Shown here piece by piece: positions 36,676-47,027 of a DNA stretch of 64,000 nt. The stretch is from Alphaproteobacteria bacterium (GTDB lineage Bacteria; Pseudomonadota; Alphaproteobacteria; UBA2966): NCBI GenBank assembly GCA_964291395.2, contig OZ219856.1:1952001-2016000 (forward strand), read 5' to 3'. Below the pieces are notes generated by a model. That model made no database searches. It saw nothing but the letters and a program-made list of their open reading frames with translations, and was not told the origin of the DNA. Position 1 is the stretch's first letter; every line of letters starts with the position of its first letter. The translations under genes and the position numbers were made by a program.

Positions 36676-39027
36676 ATGGCGGAGAATGGAATCGGCGCGC
36701 GCTCGCTCCGCAAAGAAGATGCGCGGTTTCTCAGGGGAAGCGGCAACTACGTAGACGACATCAACCGGCCCGGACAGGCGTACGCGGCTTTCGTCCGCTC
36801 GCCTCACGCCCACGCCAGGATCGAGAAGATCGACACGTCGAGGGCCGCCGAGGCATCGGGCGTCGTCGGCGTCTTCACCGGGGACGATCTGGCGGCCGAC
36901 GGCGTCGGCGGCCTGATCTGCGGCTGGATGGTCACCGACAGGAACGGCGAGAACATGAAAGCGCCGCCCCACCCGGCCCTGGCCCAGGGCAAAGTCAATT
37001 ACGTAGGCGATCATGTGGCCATCGTGATCGCGAATACGCTCGCTGAGGCGCGCGATGCCGCAGAACTGGTCGAGGTCGACTACGGCGTCCTGCCCGCCAA
37101 TGTCGATACCGACAAGGCCGATGCGGACGGGACGCCGCAGATCCACGACGACATTCCCGGCAACATGAGCTACGACTGGGAACTGGGCGACGCCGCGGCC
37201 GTCGACGAGGCGATCGAGAGCGCCGCGCACGTCACGACGCTCGAGATCGTCAACAACCGGCTCATCCCGAACGCGATCGAGCCACGCTCGGCGATCGGCG
37301 AGTACGATCCGGCGAGCGACGCCTTCACGCTCTACACCACCAGTCAGAACCCGCACGTGGCGCGCTTGGTGTTGTCGGCATTCTGTGCCATCGCGCCGGA
37401 GCACAAACTCCGGGTGGTGGCCCCCGACGTCGGTGGCGGATTCGGCTCCAAGATCTTCATCTACGCCGAAGAAACCGTCTGCACGTGGGCCTCGAAGAAG
37501 GTCGGCCGCCCCGTGAAGTGGACGGCAGACCGGTCGGAGTCGTTCGTGTCCGACGCGCACGGACGCGACCATGTGACCAAGGCCGAACTGGCGCTCGACT
37601 CGGACGGCAAGTTCACGGCCCTTCGCGTCAGCACCAAGGCCAGCATGGGCGCCTACCTGTCCACGTTCGCCTCGTGCGTGCCGACGTACCTGTACGGCAC
37701 GCTTCTGGCGGGCCAGTACACGACGCCGACGATCTATTGCAACGTGAAGGCACTCTTCACGAATACGGCGCCGGTGGACGCCTATCGGGGAGCCGGGCGG
37801 CCGGAGGCCACTTACCTCCTTGAACGCCTGGTCGAGGTGGCTGCCCGCGAAACGGGAACCGATCCGGCGGAGCTTCGGAAGAAGAACTTCATCCCGCCGG
37901 ACGCCTTCCCGTACACCACACCGGTGGTGCTGGCCTACGACTCTGGCAGTTACGAAGCCGTCCTGGACAAGGCGTGCGACATCGCGGACTACAGGGGCTT
38001 CGCCGAGCGCAGGGAGGAGGCCAAGACACGCGGCAAGCTGCGCGGCATCGGCTTCTCGAGCTACATCGAGGCCTGCGGCATCGCACCATCCGCCGCGGTG
38101 GGCTCGCTCGGCGCCGGCGTCGGCCTGTGGGAAGGCGCGCAGGTTCGCTTCAATCCCACGGGCAGCGTCACGGTGTTCACGGGATCCCATGCCCACGGAC
38201 AGGGTCACGAGACGACCTTCGCGCAAGTGGTGGCCGACAAGCTTGGCGTCGATTTCGAGAACGTCGAGGTCGTCCACGGCGACACGGACAAGGGCCCCTT
38301 CGGCATGGGTACTTACGGGTCCCGGTCGATCGCGGTCGGCGGGTCCGCCATCATCTCGGCGTGCGACAAGCTTATCGAGAAGGGCAAGAAAATCGCGGCC
38401 CACGCGCTCGAGGCTTCGGAGTCGGACATCGAGTACGACGGCGGCACCTTCAGCGTTGCAGGCACCGACCGGAGCATGTCGATGGGCGAAATCGCCTTCG
38501 CGGCCTATGTCCCGCACAACTATCCGGAGGGCCTGGAGCCGGGATTCGAAGAGTCGGCGTTTTACGATCCCGTCAACTTCACCTTCCCTGCGGGCACGCA
38601 GATCTGCGAGGTCGAAGTCGACCCGGATACCGGCGAGGTCGAGATCATCAAATTCTCGGCGGTCGACGATGTCGGAACGGTCATCAATCCGATGATCGTC
38701 GAAGGCCAGGTTCATGGCGGCGTCACGCAGGGAATCGGACAAGCCCTTCTCGAGAACGGCGTGTACGACGGAGATACCGGCCAGCTGGTGAGCGGATCCT
38801 ACAATGACTACACCATGCCGCGGGCGGACGACGTGCCGACTTACGATGTCGAGATGTACGAGACACCCTGTCCGCACAATCCTTTGGGCGTGAAGGGCTG
38901 TGGCGAGGTGGGCGCCATCGCCGCGCCACCAGCCGTGATCAATGCAATCACCGACGCTCTCGGCACCGAAGACATCGACATGCCGGCGACACCCGAACGG
39001 GTGTGGCAAGCTCTGGCCCAGGCCTAG
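36676..39027 (+). CDS. coxL: Molybdenum hydroxylase large subunit, form II CoxL-like
   Basis: GGGFGSK, AYRGAGR (form II signature), HGQGHETT and KGCGE motifs. Confidence 0.93.
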   Translation: MAENGIGARSLRKEDARFLRGSGNYVDDINRPGQAYAAFVRSPHAHARIEKIDTSRAAEASGVVGVFTGDDLAADGVGGLICGWMVTDRNGENMKAPPHPALAQGKVNYVGDHVAIVIANTLAEARDAAELVEVDYGVLPANVDTDKADADGTPQIHDDIPGNMSYDWELGDAAAVDEAIESAAHVTTLEIVNNRLIPNAIEPRSAIGEYDPASDAFTLYTTSQNPHVARLVLSAFCAIAPEHKLRVVAPDVGGGFGSKIFIYAEETVCTWASKKVGRPVKWTADRSESFVSDAHGRDHVTKAELALDSDGKFTALRVSTKASMGAYLSTFASCVPTYLYGTLLAGQYTTPTIYCNVKALFTNTAPVDAYRGAGRPEATYLLERLVEVAARETGTDPAELRKKNFIPPDAFPYTTPVVLAYDSGSYEAVLDKACDIADYRGFAERREEAKTRGKLRGIGFSSYIEACGIAPSAAVGSLGAGVGLWEGAQVRFNPTGSVTVFTGSHAHGQGHETTFAQVVADKLGVDFENVEVVHGDTDKGPFGMGTYGSRSIAVGGSAIISACDKLIEKGKKIAAHALEASESDIEYDGGTFSVAGTDRSMSMGEIAFAAYVPHNYPEGLEPGFEESAFYDPVNFTFPAGTQICEVEVDPDTGEVEIIKFSAVDDVGTVINPMIVEGQVHGGVTQGIGQALLENGVYDGDTGQLVSGSYNDYTMPRADDVPTYDVEMYETPCPHNPLGVKGCGEVGAIAAPPAVINAITDALGTEDIDMPATPERVWQALAQA

Positions 39028-39053
39028 GCAGCGCGGAGAAGGAGGAAATAGCA

Positions 39054-39845
39054 ATGTATGACTTCACGTATCACCGCGCATCCGATGTCGCGGACGCGGT
39101 CAGCAAGGTGAGGGGCACCGGCGAAGGTCGGTTCCTGGCCGGAGGCCACACGTTGATCCCGACTCTGAAGCTGCGCTTGGCAAAACCCTCCGATCTGGTG
39201 GATTTGCAGGGTATCGCAAACCTGCAGGGCATCTCGGCCTCGGACGACGGGGTCACAGTCAAGGCCATGACCACCCATGCGACCGTGGCCGAGTCGAAAG
39301 ACGTGCAGGACACAATTCCGGCGCTGGCGTCGCTCGCCGGCGGGATCGGCGACCCGCACGTCCGGGCCCGGGGGACCATCGGCGGCTCCATCGCCAACAA
39401 CGACCCGGCGGCCGACTATCCCGCGGCCGTGGTGGGACTCGGCGCCACGGTGAAGACCGACCAGCGCGACATCGCCGGCGACGACTTTTTCACCGGCATG
39501 TTCGAGACGGCGCTCAGTGACGATGAGCTTATCACGGAGGTGAGCTTCCCCAAGGCGAACAAAGCCGCGTACTACAAGTTCAAGAACCCCGCCTCCCGTT
39601 TTGCCATCGTCGGCGTGTTCGTCGCCCAAACAGGCGGCGGCGTCCGGGTGACCGTCACGGGGGCCGCACCTTGCGTGTTTCGCGTCAGTGAGATGGAAGA
39701 AGCGCTGGCCGGCAACTTCTCGTCCGATGCGATCAAAGACATCAAAGTCCCCGAGGATGGTCTCAACTCGGACATCCACGCTCAAGCGGACTACAGGGCG
39801 CACCTCGTAAACGTTTGCGCTCGGCGTGCCGTCGACGCCTGTTGA
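39054..39845 (+). CDS. coxM: Molybdenum hydroxylase FAD subunit
   Basis: LAGGHTL and RGTIGGSIANNDPAAD motifs; AGGAGG RBS. Confidence 0.94.
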   Translation: MYDFTYHRASDVADAVSKVRGTGEGRFLAGGHTLIPTLKLRLAKPSDLVDLQGIANLQGISASDDGVTVKAMTTHATVAESKDVQDTIPALASLAGGIGDPHVRARGTIGGSIANNDPAADYPAAVVGLGATVKTDQRDIAGDDFFTGMFETALSDDELITEVSFPKANKAAYYKFKNPASRFAIVGVFVAQTGGGVRVTVTGAAPCVFRVSEMEEALAGNFSSDAIKDIKVPEDGLNSDIHAQADYRAHLVNVCARRAVDAC

Positions 39846-39873
39846 CATCCGGACGCGTTCAAACGTCTATTGG

Positions 39874-39902
39874 AGAGGGGAGCATCGCCTCCCCTCTTTT
39901 TG
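39874..39902 (+). terminator. Rho-independent terminator after coxM
   Basis: AGAGGGGAG-CATCGC-CTCCCCTCT-TTTT. Confidence 0.75.
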
Positions 39903-39923
39903 TATCCGAATTCCGGAACCGAG

Positions 39924-40856
39924 ATGGCGAAACCGCGCCCGTTGCCTGATTCCATCGACGGCACCGAAGCCTTGCTTCGGGAAGGCGACTACCTAGCCGA
40001 CCGCAGCTTGGCGACGACCCTGTTCCTCAGCCTGAAGATGGGCCGCCCGCTGTTCCTTGAAGGCGAGGCCGGCGTCGGCAAGACGGAGATCGCCAATGTT
40101 CTGTCCGCTACGACCGGACGCCGTCTCGTGCGCCTACAGTGTTACGAGGGCCTCGACATCTCCTCGGCGGTGTACGAGTGGAACTATGCCGCCCAGATGA
40201 TCGAGATCCGCATGGCCGAGGCAGAAGGCGTCAGCGACCGGGAGCGGCTCGGCGACGACGTGTTCTCGGAGCGTTTCCTGATCAAGCGGCCCCTGCTGCA
40301 CGCCCTGGAGCCCGATGCGGCGGGCGCGCCGGTTTTGCTCATCGACGAACTCGACCGTACAGACGAGCCCTTCGAGGCCTACCTGCTCGAGGTGCTCGCC
40401 GACTTCCAAATCACGATTCCGGAGATCGGAACAATCTCGGCGCCGGAACCGCCCGTCGTCGTCATCACGTCGAACCGGACGCGGGAGGTCCACGACGCAC
40501 TCAAGCGGCGGTGCCTCTATCACTGGGTCGACTATCCCAATACGCAGCGGGAGCTCGACATCGTGCGCCTCAAGGTGCCCGGCGCCGAGGACCGGTTGAG
40601 TCGGGAAGTCGTGGGTTTCGTTCAGGAGCTGCGCCGCACCGATCTGTTCAAGCTGCCCGGAATCGCCGAGACGATCGACTGGGCTACGGCGCTGACACAG
40701 TTGGACAAGCTGTCCCTCGATCCCGAGACGATCAACGACACGCTCGGCGCCCTCCTCAAATACCAGGACGATATCGCCAAGATTCAGGGCAGCGAGGCCG
40801 CGCGGCTTCTGAATACGGTGAACGCCGAGTTGGCGGCGGCAGGCGCCGCGGAGTAG
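39924..40856 (+). CDS. coxD: MoxR-type AAA+ ATPase, CoxD-like
   Basis: GEAGVGKT, RLQCYEG, LLIDELD and TSNRTRE motifs. Confidence 0.92.
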   Translation: MAKPRPLPDSIDGTEALLREGDYLADRSLATTLFLSLKMGRPLFLEGEAGVGKTEIANVLSATTGRRLVRLQCYEGLDISSAVYEWNYAAQMIEIRMAEAEGVSDRERLGDDVFSERFLIKRPLLHALEPDAAGAPVLLIDELDRTDEPFEAYLLEVLADFQITIPEIGTISAPEPPVVVITSNRTREVHDALKRRCLYHWVDYPNTQRELDIVRLKVPGAEDRLSREVVGFVQELRRTDLFKLPGIAETIDWATALTQLDKLSLDPETINDTLGALLKYQDDIAKIQGSEAARLLNTVNAELAAAGAAE

Positions 40857-40865
40857 CCCGCCGCG

Positions 40866-42116
40866 ATGTCCAGCTGCGGCACCGATGACGTGGCGGAACA
40901 GCCGGAAGAACAGGGGCGGTTCGCCCAGAACATCGTGCACTTCGGGCGCGTCCTGCGCGCAGCGGGGCTGCCCGTCGGGCCCGGCAAGATCATCGACGCC
41001 ACACGCGCCGTCGAAGCCGCAGGCATTACCAGCCGAGATGATTTTTACTGGACGCTCCATTCGGTGTTCGTCAACCGCAGGGATCAGCGTGAAATCTTCG
41101 ACCAGGCGTTCCACGTGTTCTGGCGCAACCCGAAGATCCTCGAGCGCATGATGTCGCTGATGCTGCCGACCATTCAGGCCGACGGTGAAGCCGAACGCGA
41201 CACGCCGAGCCGCCGATTGCTGGACGCGCTTTTTCCAGGACGCGGCGAGGGAGGCGACGACGAGGAGTCCGGCGAAATCGTCGGAGATGCGGCCGGGACG
41301 TACTCGCAACGGGAAATCCTGCAATCCATGGACTTCGAGTCCATGTCGGCCGACGAGATCGCCGAGGCCAAGGCCATCATCTCCCGCATGCGGCTTCCGA
41401 TCATGCAGGTGCCGACGCGGCGGTTCGCGCCCGATCCACGCGGTGGGCGGATCGACATGCGGGCCACACTGCGCTCGGCGCTGCGTTCCGGCACCGACAC
41501 CATCCCCCTGAAACGCTCGGCACGGCGGCAGCGTCATCCGCCGCTCGTGGTATTGTGCGACATATCCGGCTCGATGAGTCGGTACTCGCGGATGCTGCTC
41601 CACTTCCTCCACGCCATCACGAACGATCGTGACCGCGTCTTCACCTTCGTCTTCGGAACGCGTCTCACCAACATCACCCGATTTCTGCGCTACCGGGACG
41701 TCGATGTCGCGCTGGAGAAAGTCGCCGAGAACGTCGAGGACTGGTCGGGCGGCACCCGCATCGGCCACTGCGTCAAGGAATTCAATGCCCGCTGGTCGCG
41801 ACGTGTCCTCGGGCAGGGAGCGCTTGTCCTCCTCATCTCCGACGGCCTCGACCGGGACTCCGGTGAAGGCCTCGAAGTGGAGATCGAACGCCTTCACAAG
41901 TCGTGCCGACGGTTGATCTGGCTCAATCCCCTCTTGCGCTACGAGGGCTTCGAGCCAAAATCACTGGGTGTGCGAGCGATCCTGCCCCACGTGGATGAGT
42001 TTCGTACCGTGCACAACCTGCAGAGCCTGCGCGACGTGGCACAGGCTCTGGCGCGCGAAATGCCGCGCACGGAAGAAGGCCACATGGATCAATTTGCGGG
42101 AGAAAGGGCCGCGTGA
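40866..42116 (+). CDS. coxE: VWA domain protein, CoxE-like
   Basis: DISGSM MIDAS, WSGGTRIG, SDGLD and IWLNPL motifs. Confidence 0.92.
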   Translation: MSSCGTDDVAEQPEEQGRFAQNIVHFGRVLRAAGLPVGPGKIIDATRAVEAAGITSRDDFYWTLHSVFVNRRDQREIFDQAFHVFWRNPKILERMMSLMLPTIQADGEAERDTPSRRLLDALFPGRGEGGDDEESGEIVGDAAGTYSQREILQSMDFESMSADEIAEAKAIISRMRLPIMQVPTRRFAPDPRGGRIDMRATLRSALRSGTDTIPLKRSARRQRHPPLVVLCDISGSMSRYSRMLLHFLHAITNDRDRVFTFVFGTRLTNITRFLRYRDVDVALEKVAENVEDWSGGTRIGHCVKEFNARWSRRVLGQGALVLLISDGLDRDSGEGLEVEIERLHKSCRRLIWLNPLLRYEGFEPKSLGVRAILPHVDEFRTVHNLQSLRDVAQALAREMPRTEEGHMDQFAGERAA

Positions 42117-42457
42117 TGACACGGCAGCAATCGCAACACGCCTGGCAGGAAGACGTCCTCGGCCAGGCTGCCGAATGGAAATCCCAGGGAGACGACGTCG
42201 CGCTTGCCACGGTCGTGACCACCTGGGGTTCATCGCCCCGCCCCGTCGGTAGCCAGCTCGCCGTCCACGGAGACGGCAAATTCGTCGGCTCCGTGTCCGG
42301 CGGCTGTATCGAAGGCGCCGTGGTGCTGGAAGCTCTCAAGACCATGGACGACGGAGAGCCGCGGCTGCTCGATTTCGGCGTGACCCACGAGCAGGCCTGG
42401 GAAGTCGGCTTGGCCTGCGGGGGCAAAGTCCAGGTATTCGTCGAGAAACTGAAATGA
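42113..42457 (+). CDS. XdhC/CoxI N-terminal domain protein
   Basis: TWGSSPRPVGS, GSVSGGCIE and GLACGG motifs. Confidence 0.9.
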   Translation: MMTRQQSQHAWQEDVLGQAAEWKSQGDDVALATVVTTWGSSPRPVGSQLAVHGDGKFVGSVSGGCIEGAVVLEALKTMDDGEPRLLDFGVTHEQAWEVGLACGGKVQVFVEKLK

Positions 42458-43149
42458 AGTCCGCGACCCTCGAACGGCTGCTGCGCGACCGCAGCGAGAA
42501 GGCATCGGTCGTCCTGGCGACGAATCTGAATACCGGTGACGAGAGCCTCGTGTATCCCGGCGATCTCGAGAGCGAGAACGGCCTCGATCCGGCAATTACC
42601 CAGGCGGTCAGAGAAGCGTTTCGCAGCGACCGCAGCAAGACGATCGAGACCGAGGAAGGACCCGTTTTCCTGCACGTCTTCAATCCGCCGCTGCGTATGA
42701 TCATCGTCGGCGCCGTCCATATCGCCCAGCCCCTGGCACGCATGGCCGCACTGGCCGGCTACGACGTGACCATCGTCGATCCGCGCGCCGCCTTTGCCAC
42801 GGACGAGCGGTTCCCGGGCGTGACGCTGCTGACGGAATGGCCCGACGACGCGCTGGAGACGCTTGCTCCCGATTCTCGCACGGCGGTGGTCACGCTCACC
42901 CACGATCCCAAGCTGGATGACCCGGCGCTCGAGGTGGCGCTCAGGTCGTCGGCTTTCTACGTGGGATCTCTGGGCAGCAAGAAAACGCACGCGGCGCGCC
43001 TTCAGCGGCTGACGGAAGCAGGCTTCGGCGAAGACGACCTCAACCGGATCAACGGTCCCGTGGGCCTCGCGATCGGTGCCCGCTCACCCGCGGAAGTCGC
43101 CGTCTCCATCGTCGCGCAGGTGACACAAGCCTTGCGCCAGGAGGCGTGA
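42454..43149 (+). CDS. XdhC family Rossmann-domain protein
   Basis: VGAVHIAQ, THDPKLDD, GSLGSKK and GPVGLAIGA motifs. Confidence 0.9.
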   Translation: MKSATLERLLRDRSEKASVVLATNLNTGDESLVYPGDLESENGLDPAITQAVREAFRSDRSKTIETEEGPVFLHVFNPPLRMIIVGAVHIAQPLARMAALAGYDVTIVDPRAAFATDERFPGVTLLTEWPDDALETLAPDSRTAVVTLTHDPKLDDPALEVALRSSAFYVGSLGSKKTHAARLQRLTEAGFGEDDLNRINGPVGLAIGARSPAEVAVSIVAQVTQALRQEA

Positions 43150-44790
43150 ATGGACTTCCGCCGCTTCGCCCTCGAAGAAGCCGAGGGCACGATCCTCGCG
43201 CACGGCGTCACGGTGAATGGGCGGTCCTTCAAGAAGGGGCGCATCCTCGGCACCGAGGACATCGCGGCCCTGACCTCGGCGGGACACGAGACCGTCATCG
43301 CCGCCCGGCTCGAAGCGGGCGACATTCCCGAGGACGAGGCGGCCGAAACGATCGCAAAGGCAGCCCGCGGCGACGGCGTACGCAGCGCGGCGCCCTTCAC
43401 AGGACGCTGCAACCTCTACGCCGAGGCACACGGCGTCGCACTCATCGACGATAGCCGCCTCGACGAGATCAACCTGATCGACGAGTCATTGACCATCGCC
43501 ACGGTGGCCCCGTTCGAGCTCGTGGAACCGGGCCAGATGTTGGCCACCATCAAGATCATTCCGTTCTCCGCGCCGAAGGACGTCATCTCTGCGGCCGAGA
43601 AGATCGCAGAACACGACGAACGACTCGTGCGCGTCGCGGAACTCAAGGAGAAGCCGGTGGGTCTGGTGCTGACCCGCCTACCGAGCACCAAGGAATCCAT
43701 CCTCGACAAGTCGCTGGAGACCACGCGAAATCGACTCGCGCATCTAGGCTCGTGGCTGGCCGGCGAAGTCCGCTGCGATCATACGGAGGAGGCCGTGGCG
43801 TCCGCCGTCGCCGATCTCCTGGCCCGGGGCTGCAATCCCATCCTCTTGTTCGGGGCCTCGGCGAATGTCGACCGGCGTGACGTGGTGCCGGCGGGAATCG
43901 TCCGGGCCGGCGGCGAGGTCGATCACTTCGGCATGCCCGTCGACCCAGGAAATCTCCTGCTCCTGGCGCATCACGGCGACGTGCCCGTCGTCGGCTTGCC
44001 CGGTTGTGCCCGCTCACCAAAGGAGAACGGTTTCGACTGGGTTCTGTGGCGTCTGCTCGCGGACGTTCCCGTGAATCGCGAAGACGTCATGCGCATGGGC
44101 GCGGGCGGCCTTCTCAAGGAGATCACGACACGGCCACAGTCGCGCACCGGCAAGACCGGTGAAGAACCGGCGCCCGGCGACGGAGTGCCCCGCATGCCGC
44201 GCGTCGCGGCCATCGTCCTGGCCGCCGGCCAGTCCCGCCGGACCGGCAAGATCAACAAACTGCTGGCGGAGATCGAAGGTACGCCCATGGTGGCGCGCGT
44301 CCTGACGGAGGTCTCGGCATCGGCGGCGAGCCCGATCATCGTCGTGACCGGCCATGAGTCGGATCGGGTCCGAGTAGCGCTGCAACGCGACGGCATGACG
44401 TTCGTGCACAATGCCGACTACGCGGACGGCTTGAGCACGTCCCTCAAAGTCGGCTTGCGGGCAGTTCCCGAAGACATCGACGGAGTCATCGTGTGCCTCG
44501 GCGACATGCCAAGGGTGAAGGCAACCCATATCGACAGGCTCATCGCCGCGTTCAATCCCCTGGAAGGCCGGGCGATTTGCGTACCGACCTTCGCCGGCAA
44601 GCGCGGTAATCCCGTGCTGTGGGGAGCTCAGTTCCTCGAAGAGATGCAGGAGGTCGCCGGGGACGTGGGCGCCCGTCACCTGATCGGCGCCCACGGCGAG
44701 CTCGTCGCCGAGGTGCCGATCGACGACGACGGGGTGCTGGTCGACGTGGATACGCCCGAAGCCCTGACGGCCATGGGGTCGGGAGGCTGA
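43150..44790 (+). CDS. Molybdopterin-binding domain / molybdenum cofactor cytidylyltransferase (MocA-like) fusion
   Basis: GMPVDPGNL and PGCARSPK, then LAAGQSRR, LGDMP, GNPV, GDVGAR and DVDTP motifs. Confidence 0.9.
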   Translation: MDFRRFALEEAEGTILAHGVTVNGRSFKKGRILGTEDIAALTSAGHETVIAARLEAGDIPEDEAAETIAKAARGDGVRSAAPFTGRCNLYAEAHGVALIDDSRLDEINLIDESLTIATVAPFELVEPGQMLATIKIIPFSAPKDVISAAEKIAEHDERLVRVAELKEKPVGLVLTRLPSTKESILDKSLETTRNRLAHLGSWLAGEVRCDHTEEAVASAVADLLARGCNPILLFGASANVDRRDVVPAGIVRAGGEVDHFGMPVDPGNLLLLAHHGDVPVVGLPGCARSPKENGFDWVLWRLLADVPVNREDVMRMGAGGLLKEITTRPQSRTGKTGEEPAPGDGVPRMPRVAAIVLAAGQSRRTGKINKLLAEIEGTPMVARVLTEVSASAASPIIVVTGHESDRVRVALQRDGMTFVHNADYADGLSTSLKVGLRAVPEDIDGVIVCLGDMPRVKATHIDRLIAAFNPLEGRAICVPTFAGKRGNPVLWGAQFLEEMQEVAGDVGARHLIGAHGELVAEVPIDDDGVLVDVDTPEALTAMGSGG

Positions 44791-44799
44791 AGGAACCCT

Positions 44800-44880
44800 T
44801 TGGCTTCCGTGTCAATCAGAAATGCCCGCAAGAGCTTCGGCAACGTCGAGGTCATTCACGGCACCAGCATCGATATCGAA
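44800..44880 (+). pseudogene. 5' stub of a sugar ABC ATPase (MalK/UgpC-like)
   Basis: MASVSIRNARKSFGNVEVIHGTSIDIE, then similarity is lost before Walker A; AAGGA RBS and TTG start. Confidence 0.7.
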
Positions 44881-44950
44881 ATTACGCAGCCAAGTCTCCA
44901 GGCCAAATCAAGGCAAGGACGGCGACAACTCTTCTTTGCGTTACCGACGG

Positions 44951-45766
44951 TTACGGCGGGAACCGACGCTCCAGGTAGTCGATGACGAGTTGGATGCTGC
45001 CGTGAGCCGGCAGGTCGTTGTGACCGGCATTGGGCAGGTAAACCGCTTCCTTCGGGTCGTTCGCGGCCGCGAACAGCTTGCGCCCGAGCCGAACCGGCAC
45101 GATCCGGTCGCGCTCTCCGTGGACCACGAACAGCGGCGCGCGGACCCGGTCCATCTTGGAGAGCGAATCGAACCGATCCTTCATCAGCCAACGCACCGGC
45201 AGGAACCAGTAAGCGCCCGCCGCGACATCCACCGCGGAGGAGAACGGCGCTTCGAGCACCACGGCGCCGACATCGAATTCGGTTGCCATCTGAACGGCGA
45301 CGCCACTGCCGAGCGACTCGCCGAGCAGGACGACACGGTCGAGGGGTAGCCCCTCGGACTCGACGAAGGCCAGAGACGCCCGGCCGTCGGCGTAGAGCCC
45401 TTGTTCGCTCGCGCTTCCCGGGTTTCCGCTGTAGCCCCTGTATTCGACGAGAAGCACGCCAAAGCCCCGGTCAAGATAAGGACGGGCCCTGGGGCCCCGC
45501 ATGGCGATGCCGCCCCCGTTGCCGTGATAATAGACAACGGTGGGCCGCACGTTCTCGTCGCTGCCCCAGGGCGCGCGATACCAGGCCGCGAGCTCAAGCC
45601 CGTCGGCGGTGCTCAAGGTAACGGGCACCATTTCCGGCACCCCGGCCTGCGCCGGTGTCGACAACGAGCGGGCCGGGAAGTACATGATGCTCCGCTGCAG
45701 CACGTACATGGCCGCGACGAAGAGCGCGTAGGCCGAAAGGACATAAACCGCCGTGCGCCACATCAT
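44951..45766 (-). CDS. Alpha/beta hydrolase (ABHD13/Bem46-like), N-terminal TM
   Basis: YHGNGG, EYRGYSG, GESLG nucleophile elbow, HGERD and GHND motifs. Confidence 0.9.
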   Translation of the reverse strand: MMWRTAVYVLSAYALFVAAMYVLQRSIMYFPARSLSTPAQAGVPEMVPVTLSTADGLELAAWYRAPWGSDENVRPTVVYYHGNGGGIAMRGPRARPYLDRGFGVLLVEYRGYSGNPGSASEQGLYADGRASLAFVESEGLPLDRVVLLGESLGSGVAVQMATEFDVGAVVLEAPFSSAVDVAAGAYWFLPVRWLMKDRFDSLSKMDRVRAPLFVVHGERDRIVPVRLGRKLFAAANDPKEAVYLPNAGHNDLPAHGSIQLVIDYLERRFPP

Positions 45767-45800
45767 CGTCCGTCCCCGGCGGTGGGCTTCGTGCGGATGC

Positions 45801-46925
45801 CTAGAAGACGACCATCTGGCGAATGGTCGCACCGTCCGCGAGCCGGTCGAACCCCTCGTTGATCTCATCGAGGGAGAGTTGCTCGCTCAGTAGTCCGTCC
45901 ACGGGCAGCATGCCCCGCCGATAGAGCTCGAGGTATCGAGGAATGTCGCGGACCGGCACGCTGCTGCCGCCGTAGCTCCCTTTGAGGGTCCGCTCCTCAC
46001 CCACCATCATCACGGCGGGCACGGCCAAACGCGTATCCGGGTGGGGCAATCCCGCCGTCACCGTGGTGCCGCCGCGTCGCGTGATGTCCCAGGCCGTCTG
46101 CAAGGCGGGCCCCGCCCCCGCCGTGTCGATGGCGTAATCGACACCACCGTCCGTCACGTCCCGCACGGCTTCCACGCAGTCGGCCTCACCCGCGTCAAAC
46201 GTATCGGTGGCCCCCAATTGGCGAGCCAAGGCCAACTTGTGATCGAGGATATCGAGCGCCACGATGCGCCGCGCCCCGGCAAGCCGGGCGCCCAGAATGG
46301 CGTTGAGGCCGACACCGCCGAGACCGATGACCGCGACGCTCGAGCCCGCCTTCACGGTCGCTGTGTTGATCACCGCGCCGACCCCCGTCATCACGGCGCA
46401 CCCGAACATCGCCACCTCGGCGAGGGGGAACGTCCTGTCGACCCTGATCAGGGAATTCCGATTCATGACGGCGTACTCGGCAAACGCCGAGATGCCGACG
46501 TGATGGTGGATGTCCTCGCCGTTCCGATGGAGCGCGAACCTGCCTGAATACAAGGTTCCTGCCGTATTTGCGGCGACGCCAGGTTCGCACAGCATGGGGC
46601 GGCCGCTGGCGCAGGGAACGCAGTGGCCGCAACTCGGCACCAGCGTCGCCACGACGTGATCGCCGACGGAGAGACCGGTCACGTTCGGCCCGAGCTCCAC
46701 GACCACGCCGGCCGATTCATGACCGAGTGCCATCGGCGTCGGCCTCGGGCGGTTACCGTCGATCACGGACAGGTCCGAGTGGCAGAGGCCCGCCGCCTTG
46801 ATCTCGACCAGCACCTCGCCATCGCCGGGGGGATCGAGGTCCAGTTCCTCGATGGTCAGTGGCCGCGTGTCCCTGTAGGGGCGATCCATGCCCATGGTAT
46901 CGAGAACGGCAGCGCGTATCTTCAT
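45801..46925 (-). CDS. Zinc-dependent alcohol dehydrogenase (class III-like MDR)
   Basis: GLCHSD, GHE, CxxCxxC..C and GLGGVG motifs. Confidence 0.93.
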   Translation of the reverse strand: MKIRAAVLDTMGMDRPYRDTRPLTIEELDLDPPGDGEVLVEIKAAGLCHSDLSVIDGNRPRPTPMALGHESAGVVVELGPNVTGLSVGDHVVATLVPSCGHCVPCASGRPMLCEPGVAANTAGTLYSGRFALHRNGEDIHHHVGISAFAEYAVMNRNSLIRVDRTFPLAEVAMFGCAVMTGVGAVINTATVKAGSSVAVIGLGGVGLNAILGARLAGARRIVALDILDHKLALARQLGATDTFDAGEADCVEAVRDVTDGGVDYAIDTAGAGPALQTAWDITRRGGTTVTAGLPHPDTRLAVPAVMMVGEERTLKGSYGGSSVPVRDIPRYLELYRRGMLPVDGLLSEQLSLDEINEGFDRLADGATIRQMVVF

Positions 46926-47027
46926 CCCCCTCCCCTCGCCTTTTTCGATACGACCGCCTCCATGACTTTCCAGTCAAACCGGACGAACGCCGAGTATCGT
47001 TCGGAAGTTCTTGCCGAACGCCGAACC

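Noticed and set aside
36676-39027. Bona fide aerobic CO dehydrogenase (form I)
   Set aside because: The active-site loop is AYRGAGR, not AYXCSFR, and the gene order is S-L-M.
36643-39054. 803-aa antisense ORF, and similar long ORFs (184-1233, 1399-3498, 15344-16708, 40134-41897, 53156-54319)
   Set aside because: Shadow ORFs opposite well-supported genes, expected in high-GC DNA; no recognisable motifs.
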